From NCBI GenBank assembly GCA_015065545.1, contig SVQA01000009.1, forward strand, positions 19,016-83,015: a stretch of 64,000 nt of DNA. Direction: 5' to 3'. This document shows positions 37,557 through 48,676 of this stretch, one piece after another. Positions within the stretch are counted from its first letter, which is position 1. Each line of letters starts with the position of its first letter. A program made the position numbers and the translations under genes. The stretch is from Oscillospiraceae bacterium. Lineage in GTDB: Bacteria > Bacillota > Clostridia > Oscillospirales > Acutalibacteraceae. Below the pieces are notes generated by a model. That model was not told where the DNA came from. It did no database searches and worked only from the letters and a program-made list of their open reading frames with translations.

Positions 37557-38972
37557 TTGGAACAGAAATCAATTGTTTCACTTAGGAATATCAACGTAAA
37601 ATTTGACGGTGAAGTTATACTCAATAATATTGATTTAGATATACGAAACCATGAATTCATAACACTTTTAGGTCCTTCCGGCTGCGGAAAAACCACTACA
37701 CTTCGAATCATCGGCGGTTTCTTGGAGCCTGACAATGGTGATGTTTTCTATGATGGAAACCGAATCAACGGTACTCCTCCCAACAAGAGAAACGTCAATA
37801 CTGTCTTCCAGAAGTATGCACTCTTCCCTCACCTTAATGTTTTTGACAATGTTGCTTTCGGTCTTAAGCTCAAGAAGCTTCCCAAGGACGAAATCAAGCA
37901 GAAGGTAAACAAGATGCTCTCTATTGTAGACCTTAAGGGCTACGAGCGTCGCTCTGTAAGTAAGCTTTCGGGCGGTCAGCAGCAACGAGTTGCAATTGCA
38001 CGTGCTCTTGTGTGCGACCCTGATGTACTCCTTCTTGACGAGCCTCTGGGTGCACTTGACCTTAAACTGCGTAAGGATATGCAGATTGAGCTCAAGAGAA
38101 TTCAGAAGATGACAAAGAAGACCTTTGTATATGTTACTCATGATCAGGAGGAAGCTCTTACAATGAGCGACCGCGTTGTAGTAATGAACAACGGTAAAAT
38201 AGAACAAATAGGTACACCCATTGACATTTACAACGAGCCTGCAAACGCATTCGTTGCCGACTTCATCGGCGAGGCAAACATTCTTGATGGCATAATGCTC
38301 AAGGACTACAAGGTGCGTATTCTCGGCTCTGATTTCCCCTGTGTTGACAAAGGCTTTGGCGAGAATACCCCTGTGGACATTGTTATCCGTCCCGAAGATA
38401 TTGAAATCACTACTCCTGCCGAGGGCACTATTGAAGGTGATGTAACAGGTGTTGTGTTCAAAGGTGTTCACTACGAAATGGAAGTACGTTCCAAGGGCTG
38501 TATTATCCTTATTCACTCAACCGTATCAAGTCCTGTCGGCAGTCATATCGGTATGAAGGTAGACCCGAATAATATCCATATCATGAGAAAGCTCTTCCCC
38601 ACTCCCTACAACGAGTTCGAGGCAGAAGTTACTTACACGGACGAAAGCGAAAACACAGTTACAATTGATATTGAAGGCAACGAGGTTGACCTTCCCGGAT
38701 ATACTTTCGAAAAAGGTACAAAGCTCAGAATCACACTTCCTCCCGAGGGTCTTTACGTTGACGGTGACGGTGTGGGTCAGCTCTCAGACGTTTACATTGA
38801 ATCAGTTATCTGGAAGGGTATGCACAACGAGATCATCCTTGAGTCTGACGAGAGAAAATGGATTATGCACAGCGAACAGGACGAGCAGGTTGCTACATAC
38901 GTTCCCATTTGCTTTAACTTCTCTGAAGCATCTGTTGAAGTAATCTCGGGGGAGGCTCTAAATGAAGACTAA
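37557..38972 (+). CDS. potA: Spermidine/putrescine ABC transporter ATPase PotA with extended C-terminus
   Basis: [45 protein letters not shown]; TTG start. Confidence 0.93.
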   Translation: MEQKSIVSLRNINVKFDGEVILNNIDLDIRNHEFITLLGPSGCGKTTTLRIIGGFLEPDNGDVFYDGNRINGTPPNKRNVNTVFQKYALFPHLNVFDNVAFGLKLKKLPKDEIKQKVNKMLSIVDLKGYERRSVSKLSGGQQQRVAIARALVCDPDVLLLDEPLGALDLKLRKDMQIELKRIQKMTKKTFVYVTHDQEEALTMSDRVVVMNNGKIEQIGTPIDIYNEPANAFVADFIGEANILDGIMLKDYKVRILGSDFPCVDKGFGENTPVDIVIRPEDIEITTPAEGTIEGDVTGVVFKGVHYEMEVRSKGCIILIHSTVSSPVGSHIGMKVDPNNIHIMRKLFPTPYNEFEAEVTYTDESENTVTIDIEGNEVDLPGYTFEKGTKLRITLPPEGLYVDGDGVGQLSDVYIESVIWKGMHNEIILESDERKWIMHSEQDEQVATYVPICFNFSEASVEVISGEALNED

Positions 38973-39756
38973 AAAACTGATTATCCCCTATCTTCTGTGG
39001 ATGTTTCTGTTTACACTGGTACCTCTTGCGCTGATTATCAGCAATGCATTCCGCGGTGCTGACGGAAACTTCACTCTGGAGTTCTTTAGAAAAGCTCTGG
39101 AATACAGAAGCCAGTTCTTCTATTCCTTGTGGGTTGCCTTTCTCTCTACTTCTATTTGTCTTATTCTGGCTTACCCATTGAGCTACTTTATCTCTAGAAG
39201 CTCCGCTCGTGCACAGAGAACTTACACCATGCTTATAATGGTGCCTATGTGGATGAACTTTCTTCTGCGTATTCGTGCATGGGTACTTCTTCTCCAGAAT
39301 GGAGGCCCTGTTGATTCACTGCTCAACATATTCGGTATTGATGCTCAGCTTATGGGCAATACTACTGCAGTTGTGCTTGGTATGGTTTACGAATTCCTAC
39401 CCTTTATGATTCTTCCTCTGTGCACCGTTATGGGCAAGATTGACAAGAGTCTTATTGAGGCGGCTCAGGATTTGGGCTGCAGCAAACTGAATGTTATCAG
39501 AAAGGTGGTATTCCCCCTCTCTGTACCCGGTATTATCTCCGGTATCACAATGGTATTCGTACCCTCAGCAAGTACATTCCTTGTTTCTCAGTATTTAGGC
39601 GGTCCCGAAAACAGAATGATCGGTGATATTATCGAAATGCTCTACAAGAGTGACAGAAACACAGCCTCTGCAATTGCACTGTGTCTGATGGTTGTTATTC
39701 TTGCATTTATGGTAATTATGAACCGCTTTGGCGATGAGGAGGCGGTTGGAATATGA
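38962..39756 (+). CDS. potB: Spermidine/putrescine ABC permease PotB
   Basis: [23 protein letters not shown] loop. Confidence 0.92.
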   Translation: MKTKKLIIPYLLWMFLFTLVPLALIISNAFRGADGNFTLEFFRKALEYRSQFFYSLWVAFLSTSICLILAYPLSYFISRSSARAQRTYTMLIMVPMWMNFLLRIRAWVLLLQNGGPVDSLLNIFGIDAQLMGNTTAVVLGMVYEFLPFMILPLCTVMGKIDKSLIEAAQDLGCSKLNVIRKVVFPLSVPGIISGITMVFVPSASTFLVSQYLGGPENRMIGDIIEMLYKSDRNTASAIALCLMVVILAFMVIMNRFGDEEAVGI

Positions 39757-41612
39757 AAAAGCTTTTCTCAGGCAAAAAGTTCTACATCGGACTTATCTTT
39801 CTTTTCCTCTATGCTCCCATCATCGTACTTATAGCTTATTCCTTCAACGCAAGTAAATCTTCCGTTTGGAGCGGATTTACATTTGATTGGTACATAAAGC
39901 TCTTTCAGGACAGAGCTTTGATGACAGCACTGAGCAATACCCTGATGGTTGCAATCCTTGCCGCAATATTCTCCACAATCCTCGGCACAATTGCTTCTCT
40001 GGGTATGTATAACCTAAAGGGCAAAAAAAGAAAGTTTCTGCAGACCGTTTCAAACATTCCCATCATAAATCCCGAGATCGTTACAGGTATCTCTCTGATG
40101 CTTCTCTTTGTTGCATTGGGACAAGTGCTGAATTTTGAAAATGGCTTTGTAACTCTTCTTCTTTCCCACATAGGTTTCTGTACGCCCTATGTTATTCTTT
40201 CTGTTACACCTAAAATCAGACAGATGGATAAGCATCTTTTTGAAGCCGCACAAGATTTGGGTTGCACTCAATTTCAAGCCTTCTTTCAAGTAGTTATCCA
40301 TGAGCTTCTGCCCGGTATTATTTCCGGATTCCTCATTAGCTTTACTTATTCTCTGGACGATTTTATTATTTCGTTCTTTACAAGCGGAAAATTCCAGACT
40401 CTTCCCATTGCGATTTACTCAATGCTTAAAAAGAAGGTTCCGCCCAAGATTAACGCACTCTCTGCTATCCTTTTTGTTGTAATTTTCTCAGCCCTTATTA
40501 TCTCCAATATTGCAGGTGCAAGAAAAGAAAAGAAGGGTATCGAAAGCAAAGGCAGTGGCAAAAAGCTTCTTTGTATTGCTCTTGCGGTGCTGATTCTTCT
40601 GAGCGGTACTCTTATCTTTACAAGATGCTCCAGCAAGGTAGAACTAAATGTATTCAACTGGGGCGAAAACATCTCTATCGGTGAAGACGATACAATGGAT
40701 GTTATTGCAGAATTCGAGCGTCAGTATAACTGCAAGGTAAACTACAACAACTACGAATCCAACGAAGAGATGTACACAAAAATTCAGAACGAAAGCTATG
40801 ATGTAATCATTCCCTCTGACTATATGATCGGTAAGCTCATTGCCGAGGATATGCTCAAACCCCTGAATTTTGACAATATTCCCAATTACGAGAACATCGG
40901 CGAAGCATACAAAAATCTCCCCTACGACCCCGACAATACCTATTCTGTTCCTTATACTTGGGGTGTTGTGGCTCTATGCTACAACGAAGATATGGTTGAG
41001 GGTGAGGTTAAAGGCTTTGATGCTCTTTGGGACAAAGAACTTGATGGCGAGATTCTTATGTTCAATAACAGCCGTGACGCACTGGCTATTGCTCTGCAAA
41101 GGCTGGGACTTGATGCTTCCAATCCCTCAAAAGAGAACATAGACAAGGCAGCAGAGCTTCTTAAAGAGCAACAGCCCCTTGTTCAGCAGTATGTTATGGA
41201 TCAGGTTTACGACCTTATGGAAGGCAACCAGTCCGCTATTGCCCCCTACTACGCAGGCGACATTTACTTTATGATGGACAACAACGAGTCCCTTAACTAC
41301 TGTCTGCCGGAGGAGGGTACAAACTTCTTTGTAGACGCTATGTGTGTTCCCAAGAATGCAAAGAACCCCGACCTTGCCGAAGCTTTCATCAACTTTATGC
41401 TTGAGCCCGAGGTTGGTAAAGCTAACAGCGAATACATTGGCTATGCTTCTCCAAATCTGGAAGTTCAGAAGATTCTCGACGAGGATATTATTACCAACGA
41501 GCTTATCTATCCCGATAAGGAATACCTTGACAAATGCTATATGTATGTGAACACTCCCAAAGACATCTATGACTATATGCAGGAAAAATTCATAGCAGCA
41601 TCTACAAATTAA
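39753..41612 (+). CDS. potC: PotC permease fused to PotD substrate-binding domain
   Basis: FTYSLDDFIISFF permease half, then LNVFNWGENI, YESNEEMY, PSDYMI, VPYTWG, PEEGTNFFVDAMCVP in one ORF. Confidence 0.9.
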   Translation: MKKLFSGKKFYIGLIFLFLYAPIIVLIAYSFNASKSSVWSGFTFDWYIKLFQDRALMTALSNTLMVAILAAIFSTILGTIASLGMYNLKGKKRKFLQTVSNIPIINPEIVTGISLMLLFVALGQVLNFENGFVTLLLSHIGFCTPYVILSVTPKIRQMDKHLFEAAQDLGCTQFQAFFQVVIHELLPGIISGFLISFTYSLDDFIISFFTSGKFQTLPIAIYSMLKKKVPPKINALSAILFVVIFSALIISNIAGARKEKKGIESKGSGKKLLCIALAVLILLSGTLIFTRCSSKVELNVFNWGENISIGEDDTMDVIAEFERQYNCKVNYNNYESNEEMYTKIQNESYDVIIPSDYMIGKLIAEDMLKPLNFDNIPNYENIGEAYKNLPYDPDNTYSVPYTWGVVALCYNEDMVEGEVKGFDALWDKELDGEILMFNNSRDALAIALQRLGLDASNPSKENIDKAAELLKEQQPLVQQYVMDQVYDLMEGNQSAIAPYYAGDIYFMMDNNESLNYCLPEEGTNFFVDAMCVPKNAKNPDLAEAFINFMLEPEVGKANSEYIGYASPNLEVQKILDEDIITNELIYPDKEYLDKCYMYVNTPKDIYDYMQEKFIAASTN

Positions 41613-41699
41613 TATTTATTTTACAAAAGCCCGATTGAAATATATCGGGCTTTCATTTATAATATAGTTAGAAAGATACTCTTATAAAGGGGTGTTATT

Positions 41700-42671
41700 A
41701 TGAAGAAAAGTACCAAAACCGCTTTGATTGCCACAGGCATAGCTGCCGCAAGTGCAACTGTGCTTGTAACTTTGCATCAGCTTACAGCCCGTGGTTTTAT
41801 GAAATTTGCCCTTGACCGCAAAGCTCCCAAAATTCTGGAGAAAAACCAGACCGCCTTTATGGGCTCAAAAGAAATATTCAATTATATAGATAAGCTCAAC
41901 GAAGGAGCCGAAGCTTTAAAACGCAAAAACTGCGAAACAGTAGAGCTATTGTCATACGACGGCATAAACCTTGTGGGTCATTGGTATCCCTGCAAGAATG
42001 CAAAAAGAGTTATCATTGCTGTTCACGGCTGGCGTGCAAACTGGGCAAGGGACTTTGGCGTAATCGCTGACTTTCTCCACGAAAACGACTGCAGTGTGCT
42101 CTTCATTGAACAACGTGCTCAGGGCGAAAGCGGCGGAGAATATATGGGCTTTGGACTCTTGGAGCGATATGATTGCTACGAATGGGCAAAGTGGGCAGAC
42201 CTGAAAACTGATGGCAAACTCCCTATCTATCTTATGGGAGTTTCTATGGGTGCAACAACAGTTCTTATGACCACAGGATTCAAGCTTCCAAAATCCGTGA
42301 AGGGTGTGATTGCCGACTGCGGCTTCACCTCTCCTCACGCAATATGGAAGCACGTTGCAGAGAATAACCTTAAAATTCCCTTTGGGCTTTACAGTGCTAT
42401 TTCCAATGAAATATTCAAGAAACGAATCCGAATAGGAGCTAACGAATACACCTGTGCAAAAGCCCTTGAGAACTGCACGATTCCCGTACTTTTTGTTCAC
42501 GGCACAGACGACTCCTTCGTACCTGTAACAATGACTTTTGAAAATTACAAGGCATGCAAATCAGAAAAGCGGATGTTCATTGTCCCCGATGCTGAGCATG
42601 GTATGAGCTATATTGTTGACAAAAAGGGTTACGAAGAAAAGCTCCTTGAATTCTTTAATGATTTTGGCTGA
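41700..42671 (+). CDS. Alpha/beta hydrolase (YqkD-like)
   Basis: HGW, GVSMG nucleophile elbow, HGTDDSFVP, AEHG. Confidence 0.9.
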   Translation: MKKSTKTALIATGIAAASATVLVTLHQLTARGFMKFALDRKAPKILEKNQTAFMGSKEIFNYIDKLNEGAEALKRKNCETVELLSYDGINLVGHWYPCKNAKRVIIAVHGWRANWARDFGVIADFLHENDCSVLFIEQRAQGESGGEYMGFGLLERYDCYEWAKWADLKTDGKLPIYLMGVSMGATTVLMTTGFKLPKSVKGVIADCGFTSPHAIWKHVAENNLKIPFGLYSAISNEIFKKRIRIGANEYTCAKALENCTIPVLFVHGTDDSFVPVTMTFENYKACKSEKRMFIVPDAEHGMSYIVDKKGYEEKLLEFFNDFG

Positions 42672-42720
42672 TAAAACATAAAAAGCACTTGCTGATTCAT
42701 CCCCAGCAAGTGCCTTTATT

Positions 42721-43224
42721 TTAATCTGAATACTCAAAATCCGCGCATAAGCTTATTTCTTTTATAGAAATATTTTGAATGTACCCTTTACTATCAGTCT
42801 GTACTTCATATTCTCCGCTCTGTGATTCACCTTTAAAAAGCCAATCTCCGTTCTCGGATTTTGTAGCTTTATCATTTTCATAAAGAGAATTCAGCACATT
42901 GTATATTCCTTGAGAAAAAGAAAACTGTGGCAAATAATCCTTTTCCGTTTTGCAGTGCAGGTTTTTATATACCATCTCAAACTCTTCACCCCAGATATAA
43001 GAAAGCCCGCTTATTTCTTTTGGTGAAATAACTGTTATTTCCACATTGTTACTGTTTTCTACAGAAATATCTGCCTTGAGTAAAAAGTTCTCAAGGTCGG
43101 TTTCTATATCCCTGACCGTTACCACAGCCTCAAAATCACCTTTAATCTTTGGCGGTACATCTTTACTGCAGGAAGAAAGAAAAACCGAAACAATATAGCA
43201 GAAAACAAGAAGATATTTTTTCAC
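42721..43224 (-). CDS. Lipoprotein of unknown function, possibly LolA/GerS-like
   Basis: Lipobox LSSC. Position after nnrD resembles clostridial nnr-gerS-alr neighbourhoods (inference). Confidence 0.5.
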   Translation of the reverse strand: MKKYLLVFCYIVSVFLSSCSKDVPPKIKGDFEAVVTVRDIETDLENFLLKADISVENSNNVEITVISPKEISGLSYIWGEEFEMVYKNLHCKTEKDYLPQFSFSQGIYNVLNSLYENDKATKSENGDWLFKGESQSGEYEVQTDSKGYIQNISIKEISLCADFEYSD

Positions 43225-43250
43225 ACCAAAACCGCTTTACAAATAATAAA

Positions 43251-44135
43251 TTATACTTCCCGGGATTTAAGAACAGACTTTATGGCTTTTGGAATATAAT
43301 CTATAATATCCGAGGGCAGAAGGGAATACTCTGTAAGTTCTCTTGCCCCCAAATCTCCTGCAAGTCCGTGCAGGTAAACGCCTGCCAATGCTGAGTCAAA
43401 AGCATTTACGCCCTGTGCCATTAAAGAGGCAATCATACCCGCAAGCACATCACCCGAGCCTGCAACAGCCATTCCCGCATTACCCGTTGGATTTTTATAC
43501 ATTTCTTTGCTATGCTGTAATATCAAGGTATCCTTACCCTTAAGCACAGTTACAGCTTTATATTCTTCGCAGAAGCTCTTTAAAACAGCTTCTCGGTTAT
43601 TATGAATATACGAAGAAGGAATACCTGTAAGCCTCTTCATCTCTCCCTCATGAGGAGTAAGCACCAAAGGCTTTTTCACATCTTTCAGTATATCTATATG
43701 TTTGTTGATGATATTTATTCCATCCGCATCCAAAAGCAAAGGAGTATCGGTTTCAAATACCAAAGACTCAACTATGCTTTTGGCATCCTCACTCTGACCC
43801 AAACCGCAACCGCAAAGAACAGCATCTGCCTTATTTGCCGCCTTAATAATCTCCTTTGTATAGCGAGCACTTACTGCTCCGCCCTTACCTGAAGGCAAAA
43901 CAAGGAAAACCGCCTCGGGTACTGCTGCAGACACAATAGGATAAATCTCCTCTGTTACCACGCACCTTACATATCCTGCACCGGTGCGAAGTGCCGCCCT
44001 TGCCGAAAGAACAGCCGCTCCTGCCATGGTGTAGCTTCCTGCCACACATAACAGAGAGCCGACGCTGTATTTATTGGCGTCGGCTGATCTTTTGGGCATT
44101 ATACTTTTTATATACTCGGGGCATATAACTTTCAT
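43251..44135 (-). CDS. nnrD: ADP-dependent NAD(P)H-hydrate dehydratase
   Basis: AGSYTMAGAA, GCGLG, LLDADG, LTPHEGEM, LKG, AGSGDVLAG. Confidence 0.92.
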   Translation of the reverse strand: MKVICPEYIKSIMPKRSADANKYSVGSLLCVAGSYTMAGAAVLSARAALRTGAGYVRCVVTEEIYPIVSAAVPEAVFLVLPSGKGGAVSARYTKEIIKAANKADAVLCGCGLGQSEDAKSIVESLVFETDTPLLLDADGINIINKHIDILKDVKKPLVLTPHEGEMKRLTGIPSSYIHNNREAVLKSFCEEYKAVTVLKGKDTLILQHSKEMYKNPTGNAGMAVAGSGDVLAGMIASLMAQGVNAFDSALAGVYLHGLAGDLGARELTEYSLLPSDIIDYIPKAIKSVLKSREV

Positions 44136-44147
44136 ACAATCACCTGA

Positions 44148-44684
44148 TTATTTCTTATAAAAATACTTCATTACAACCTCGCGGGTCATATAAGGACGCA
44201 TACCCTCAATAATCTTCTCATTTGGAGAGAAAATCATAAGACACTTGCCTCTTTCTGATTCGTTATAAATACAGTAGTAGTTACCCTCATAACCGCCTTT
44301 ACTGCACTCATAGGTTTTGGCATACTTAACATTCGGAACATTATCGTTCTTTATAATATCGAACTCTGTAATGTTACCGATTTCAACCTTGTTAAGTTTC
44401 TTACGTTTTTTGCTTGCGATAACCTTATCAATATAAAGGAAATTACCAACAACGGAATAGTCATACTCCACCTTGAAAATGCTCGGAACTGCCTTTGCAA
44501 CAATAAAAGCTGCCGCAATGCCAATCATCAAAACCAAAACACCCCAGAAAGGATTAAAGGACAGAAGAAAAAGCAGAATGAAAAAAATCTCAAGCAGTAA
44601 AAAGAATACTATCATTCCCCATGCAATAACGTGCTGTTTTACACCGTTTTTTCGGCTTACAACCTGCTCGCAAAAAGTATCCAT
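44148..44684 (-). CDS. Conserved membrane protein (DUF6106-like)
   Basis: MDTFCEQVV start, two TM helices, EYDYS...IDKVIA..KRK. Confidence 0.7.
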   Translation of the reverse strand: MDTFCEQVVSRKNGVKQHVIAWGMIVFFLLLEIFFILLFLLSFNPFWGVLVLMIGIAAAFIVAKAVPSIFKVEYDYSVVGNFLYIDKVIASKKRKKLNKVEIGNITEFDIIKNDNVPNVKYAKTYECSKGGYEGNYYCIYNESERGKCLMIFSPNEKIIEGMRPYMTREVVMKYFYKK

Positions 44685-44811
44685 ACAATCACCTGATTCT
44701 CAAGAATTAATAATATATTTGCAATTATAACACAGTTATTTGATTTTTTCAACAAAACACTTGCCAAATTAACAATTTAGTGATAATATTATTTTTAATT
44801 GATACCGACTA

Positions 44812-45057
44812 AAACGCTATGACGAAGAAAGTAACTTTCAAAGGTACTTTGTAAAGAGAGCGGATGCCGAGGCTGAAAGCATCCGACAAAGTTATGAAAG
44901 TGAAGTTCCCTTCTGAGCGGTGAGGCTGAAATTCACAGTAGGCTTCAACGGCAGGCACCGTTACAAGCCACGGGAGTGTTTGCTTCTTTTGATGCAAAAA
45001 TCAGGGTGGTACCACGGATATTATTCGTCCCTGCGTGTTTTCACGCAGGGAATTTTT
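44812..45057 (+). promoter_or_regulatory. T-box riboswitch (Phe specifier) upstream of pheST
   Basis: AGAGA and GCTGAA stem I elements, specifier GAAG-TTC-CC (44906-44908), T-box AATCAGGGTGGTACCACGG (44999-45017), terminator ccctgcgtg/cacgcaggg. Confidence 0.93.
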
Positions 45058-45077
45058 ATTTTTAACGGAGGTTTTTC

Positions 45078-46130
45078 ATGGAAAATCAAATCATTGCTTT
45101 AAGAAATGAAATCGCAGAAAAGCTCCAGACAGTCAGCGACCTTCAGGAGCTTGACGGTCTGAGAGTTGCCTACTTAGGCAAAAAGGGCAGTATTACCACT
45201 CTGCTCAAGGGAATGAAGGATCTTTCTCCCGAAGAGAAAAAATCCTTCGGCGCTAAGGTTAACGAACTCAAAGAAGAAACTACCGAAAAGATTGAAAAGA
45301 AGATGGAGGAGCTCAAGGAAGCTGAAATTCAGAAAGAGCTCAGCGAAATGCCTCTCTTTGACATTACAACTCCCGCAGATACAGACCGCGGCTCCTATCA
45401 TCCCATTACACTTGTGCAAAGACAGTGCGAAACTATCTTCAAGTCTATGGGCTTTGCTGTAATCGACTATCCTGAAATCGTTACCGACTACGAGTGTTTC
45501 GAGGCTCTCAATATCCCCAAGCACCACCCTGCAAGAGATATGCAGGACACCTACTATCTTACAAACGGTCAGCTTCTTAAATCCCATACCTCTGCCGCAC
45601 AGAATGCTATACTCAAAAAGTACGGCAAGAATTTAAAAGAAAATGGTGTTCCTATCAAGGCAATCTTCCCCGGCAGATGCTTCAGAAACGAGGCTACCGA
45701 TGCTTGCCACGAAAACACCTTCTTCCAGATGGAAGGCGTTATGGTTGACAAGGATATTTCTATCTCCAACCTTATCTATTTTATGAAGACTATGCTCTCT
45801 GAGGTTTTCCGCAAGGATATAAAGGTAAGACTTCGTCCCGGCTTCTTCCCCTTCGTTGAGCCCGGCTTTGAGCTTGACATAAGCTGTCTTATCTGCGGCG
45901 GCGAAGGCTGTCCTTCCTGTAAACAGAGCGGTTGGCTTGAACTCTGCCCCTGCGGTATGATTCACCCCAACGTACTGCGTGAAGGCGGTATCGACCCCGA
46001 CGAGTACACAGGCTTTGCATTCGGTCTGGGACTTACCCGTCTTGCTATGATGAAGTACGGTGTTAAAGACATCAGAAACCTAAACTCAGGAAGTCTTAAG
46101 GCACTTTCTCAGTTTACAGACGACGAATAA
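45078..46130 (+). CDS. pheS: Phenylalanine-tRNA ligase alpha subunit
   Basis: GSYHP, HPARDMQDT, FFQMEG, FFPFVEPG, GFAFGLGLTRL. Confidence 0.97.
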   Translation: MENQIIALRNEIAEKLQTVSDLQELDGLRVAYLGKKGSITTLLKGMKDLSPEEKKSFGAKVNELKEETTEKIEKKMEELKEAEIQKELSEMPLFDITTPADTDRGSYHPITLVQRQCETIFKSMGFAVIDYPEIVTDYECFEALNIPKHHPARDMQDTYYLTNGQLLKSHTSAAQNAILKKYGKNLKENGVPIKAIFPGRCFRNEATDACHENTFFQMEGVMVDKDISISNLIYFMKTMLSEVFRKDIKVRLRPGFFPFVEPGFELDISCLICGGEGCPSCKQSGWLELCPCGMIHPNVLREGGIDPDEYTGFAFGLGLTRLAMMKYGVKDIRNLNSGSLKALSQFTDDE

Positions 46131-46143
46131 GGAGGGTTAAAAT

Positions 46144-48513
46144 ATGTTATTATCAATGAATTGGATTGAAGATTTCGTAGACCTTTCCGGTCTTGATAAA
46201 TTAGAGCTTATCCACAAGCTTTCTCTCTCCACTGCAGAGGTTGAGAATGAAATTTTCTTCAAAGGCTCTGACCTTTCGGGCGTAGTTGTTGCAGAGATTA
46301 AATCTGTTGAAAACCACCCCGAGTCAAAGAAGCTCCATCTCTTAAAGGTTGACGCAGGCGACGGCAAGCTCACCGATGTTGTATGTGGTGCTCCTAACGT
46401 TAGAGTAGGAATGAAGACTGCATTTGCAAAGGTAGGAGCAAAGCTCGGCGAAATTGAGATTGCTCCCCGTCCCCTTGCAGGCTTTGAATCCTTCGGTATG
46501 TGTTGCTCCGAAGCAGAGCTTGGTATTTCAGATGATCACTCGGGCATTATGGATATTACCGAGGACGTACCGGTTGGTACAGACATCAAGAATGTTTACA
46601 CTATCGACGACATTATCTTTGAAATCGACAACAAGTCCCTTACTAACCGCCCTGACCTTTGGAGCCACTACGGCTTTGCAAGAGAGTTTGCAGCTCTTGC
46701 AGGCAGAGAACTTAAGCCTTTGGAGGTTGAGGATTTAACTGCTTACGACAACCTCAAAAAAGTTGATATGAAAATCGAAGACCCCCTCTGTCAGCGTTAC
46801 AGCTGTATGCAGGTTGAGAACATTAAAAGAACTGAGAGCCCCGTCAATATGCGTATCCGCCTTAACTACTGCGGTATGCGAGGCATCAACTTCCTTGCAG
46901 ACCTTACAAACTACCTTATGCTTGAGGTTGGTCAGCCCATGCATGCATTCGACTCCAGAAAGGTGGAGAAAATCCGCGTTAAGCGTTTTGATACTCCCTT
47001 TACATTTACAACTCTTGACGGTGTAGAGAGAAACATCGACGAAAACACCCTTATGATTTGCGACGACAACACTCCTGTTGCCATTGCAGGTATTATGGGC
47101 GGTCTTGACTCCGAAATTGTTGAAGACACTACAACTCTTACCCTTGAATCTGCTACCTTTGATGCTGTTTCTATCCGTAAGTCAACAGTTCGTCTTGCTC
47201 ACAGAACCGACGCTTCCATGCGTTATGAAAAATGCCTTGACCCCGAGATGACAACTCTGGCAATCGGCAGATTTATAAATCTCTTGAAGAAATATGATAG
47301 TGATGTACAGGTTGTATCCGCTCTTACAGACGAGTATGCTTACAAGTACGACACAGTTACTCTCGACTTTGACAAGAACTTTGTTGACCGATACACAGGC
47401 ATTGAAATCGATAATGACACAATCGTCAAGACTCTCACAGACTTAGGCTTCAAAGTAACACTTGAGGGCGACAACTTCTCTGTTGTAGTACCCTCCTGGA
47501 GAGCTACAAAGGATGTTACCATCAAGGCAGACATCATCGAAGAAATCACTCGTATCTACGGCTACGATAACTTTGACATCAACACAACCCGCTCACCTCT
47601 TTATCCTGTTCGTGCAGAGGCTATCAAGAGTGCAGAGGACAAAGTAAAGGATATGTTGGTTAAAAAATTTAACCTTCACGAGCTTCACTCTTATGTTTGG
47701 GCATACAATGACGAGATGAAGGATTTAAGTCTTCCTGTTGAGGATAACGTTCGCCTTGCAAATGCAACAAATCCCAACATTGAAACAATCCGTAACTCCA
47801 TTATTCCCACACAGCTTTGTCAGCTTAAGACAAACACAGGCTACAAAGCTGACTTTGGTATCTTTGAGGTAGGCAGAGTAGTTAAAGGTCTTAAGGAAGA
47901 CGGTCTTTGCAACGAGCAGAAAATGCTTGCTCTGACCCTTTTCAGCAAGACTAAAGACATTAAGACTCTTTACTTTGAGCTTCGAGATATGCTTGCGATT
48001 ATTGCAGGAGATTTGAAGCACAAGGTTCTCTCCTTTAAAGCTGTGGCACCTACCCACGCTTACGAGCATCCCACAAACCTCAATAACATTCTTATAGACG
48101 GCAATGTGGTTGGTACAATGGGTATACTTCATCCTTCTGTACTCAAAAAGATTGACAAGAAAGCAAACATTGTTTTTGCAGAAATCAATATGAGTACATT
48201 CACGGAAGCAGAAGTTGCTCCCATTGTTTACGACGAGCCCTCCAAGTTCCCCTCAATGACCTACGACATAAGCGTAGAAATTCCCGCAGGCATACTCTTT
48301 GAGAGTCTTGCTAAATGCTGGGAGAACGAGGGCAAGGGTCTGCTTAAATGCACTCGTATCGTAGACACATACGACACCGAGGAGATTCATTCAATCACCG
48401 TTCGTTTTGAATTCTCTTCAAGCGAGAGAACCCTCTCCACCGCTGAGATTCAGGAGATTATGGACAAGGTACTCGCAAACCTTTCTGCAATCGGTGTAAC
48501 ACTCAGAGGCTGA
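46144..48513 (+). CDS. pheT: Phenylalanine-tRNA ligase beta subunit
   Basis: VVCGAPNV, LTNRPDL, GQPMHAFD, TDASMRYEK, EEITRIYGY, FDX-ACB tail. Confidence 0.97.
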   Translation: MLLSMNWIEDFVDLSGLDKLELIHKLSLSTAEVENEIFFKGSDLSGVVVAEIKSVENHPESKKLHLLKVDAGDGKLTDVVCGAPNVRVGMKTAFAKVGAKLGEIEIAPRPLAGFESFGMCCSEAELGISDDHSGIMDITEDVPVGTDIKNVYTIDDIIFEIDNKSLTNRPDLWSHYGFAREFAALAGRELKPLEVEDLTAYDNLKKVDMKIEDPLCQRYSCMQVENIKRTESPVNMRIRLNYCGMRGINFLADLTNYLMLEVGQPMHAFDSRKVEKIRVKRFDTPFTFTTLDGVERNIDENTLMICDDNTPVAIAGIMGGLDSEIVEDTTTLTLESATFDAVSIRKSTVRLAHRTDASMRYEKCLDPEMTTLAIGRFINLLKKYDSDVQVVSALTDEYAYKYDTVTLDFDKNFVDRYTGIEIDNDTIVKTLTDLGFKVTLEGDNFSVVVPSWRATKDVTIKADIIEEITRIYGYDNFDINTTRSPLYPVRAEAIKSAEDKVKDMLVKKFNLHELHSYVWAYNDEMKDLSLPVEDNVRLANATNPNIETIRNSIIPTQLCQLKTNTGYKADFGIFEVGRVVKGLKEDGLCNEQKMLALTLFSKTKDIKTLYFELRDMLAIIAGDLKHKVLSFKAVAPTHAYEHPTNLNNILIDGNVVGTMGILHPSVLKKIDKKANIVFAEINMSTFTEAEVAPIVYDEPSKFPSMTYDISVEIPAGILFESLAKCWENEGKGLLKCTRIVDTYDTEEIHSITVRFEFSSSERTLSTAEIQEIMDKVLANLSAIGVTLRG

Positions 48514-48538
48514 TTAAAATTTACATTCATTCTTTCAC

Positions 48539-48573
48539 AAAAAAGGCTCCCTTGAGTAAAGGGAGCCTTTTTT
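48539..48573. terminator. pheST terminator
   Basis: aaaaaggctcccttg/aagggagccttttt hairpin with T tract. Confidence 0.85.
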
Positions 48574-48676
48574 GTGAAATAAATACTATGTTTTTGCTTA
48601 TGCTTCTTGAAACTTATCATACAAACTGATATAATTTTATTAAGTTTATCAAAACCAACTACGGAGGTAAAGAATT

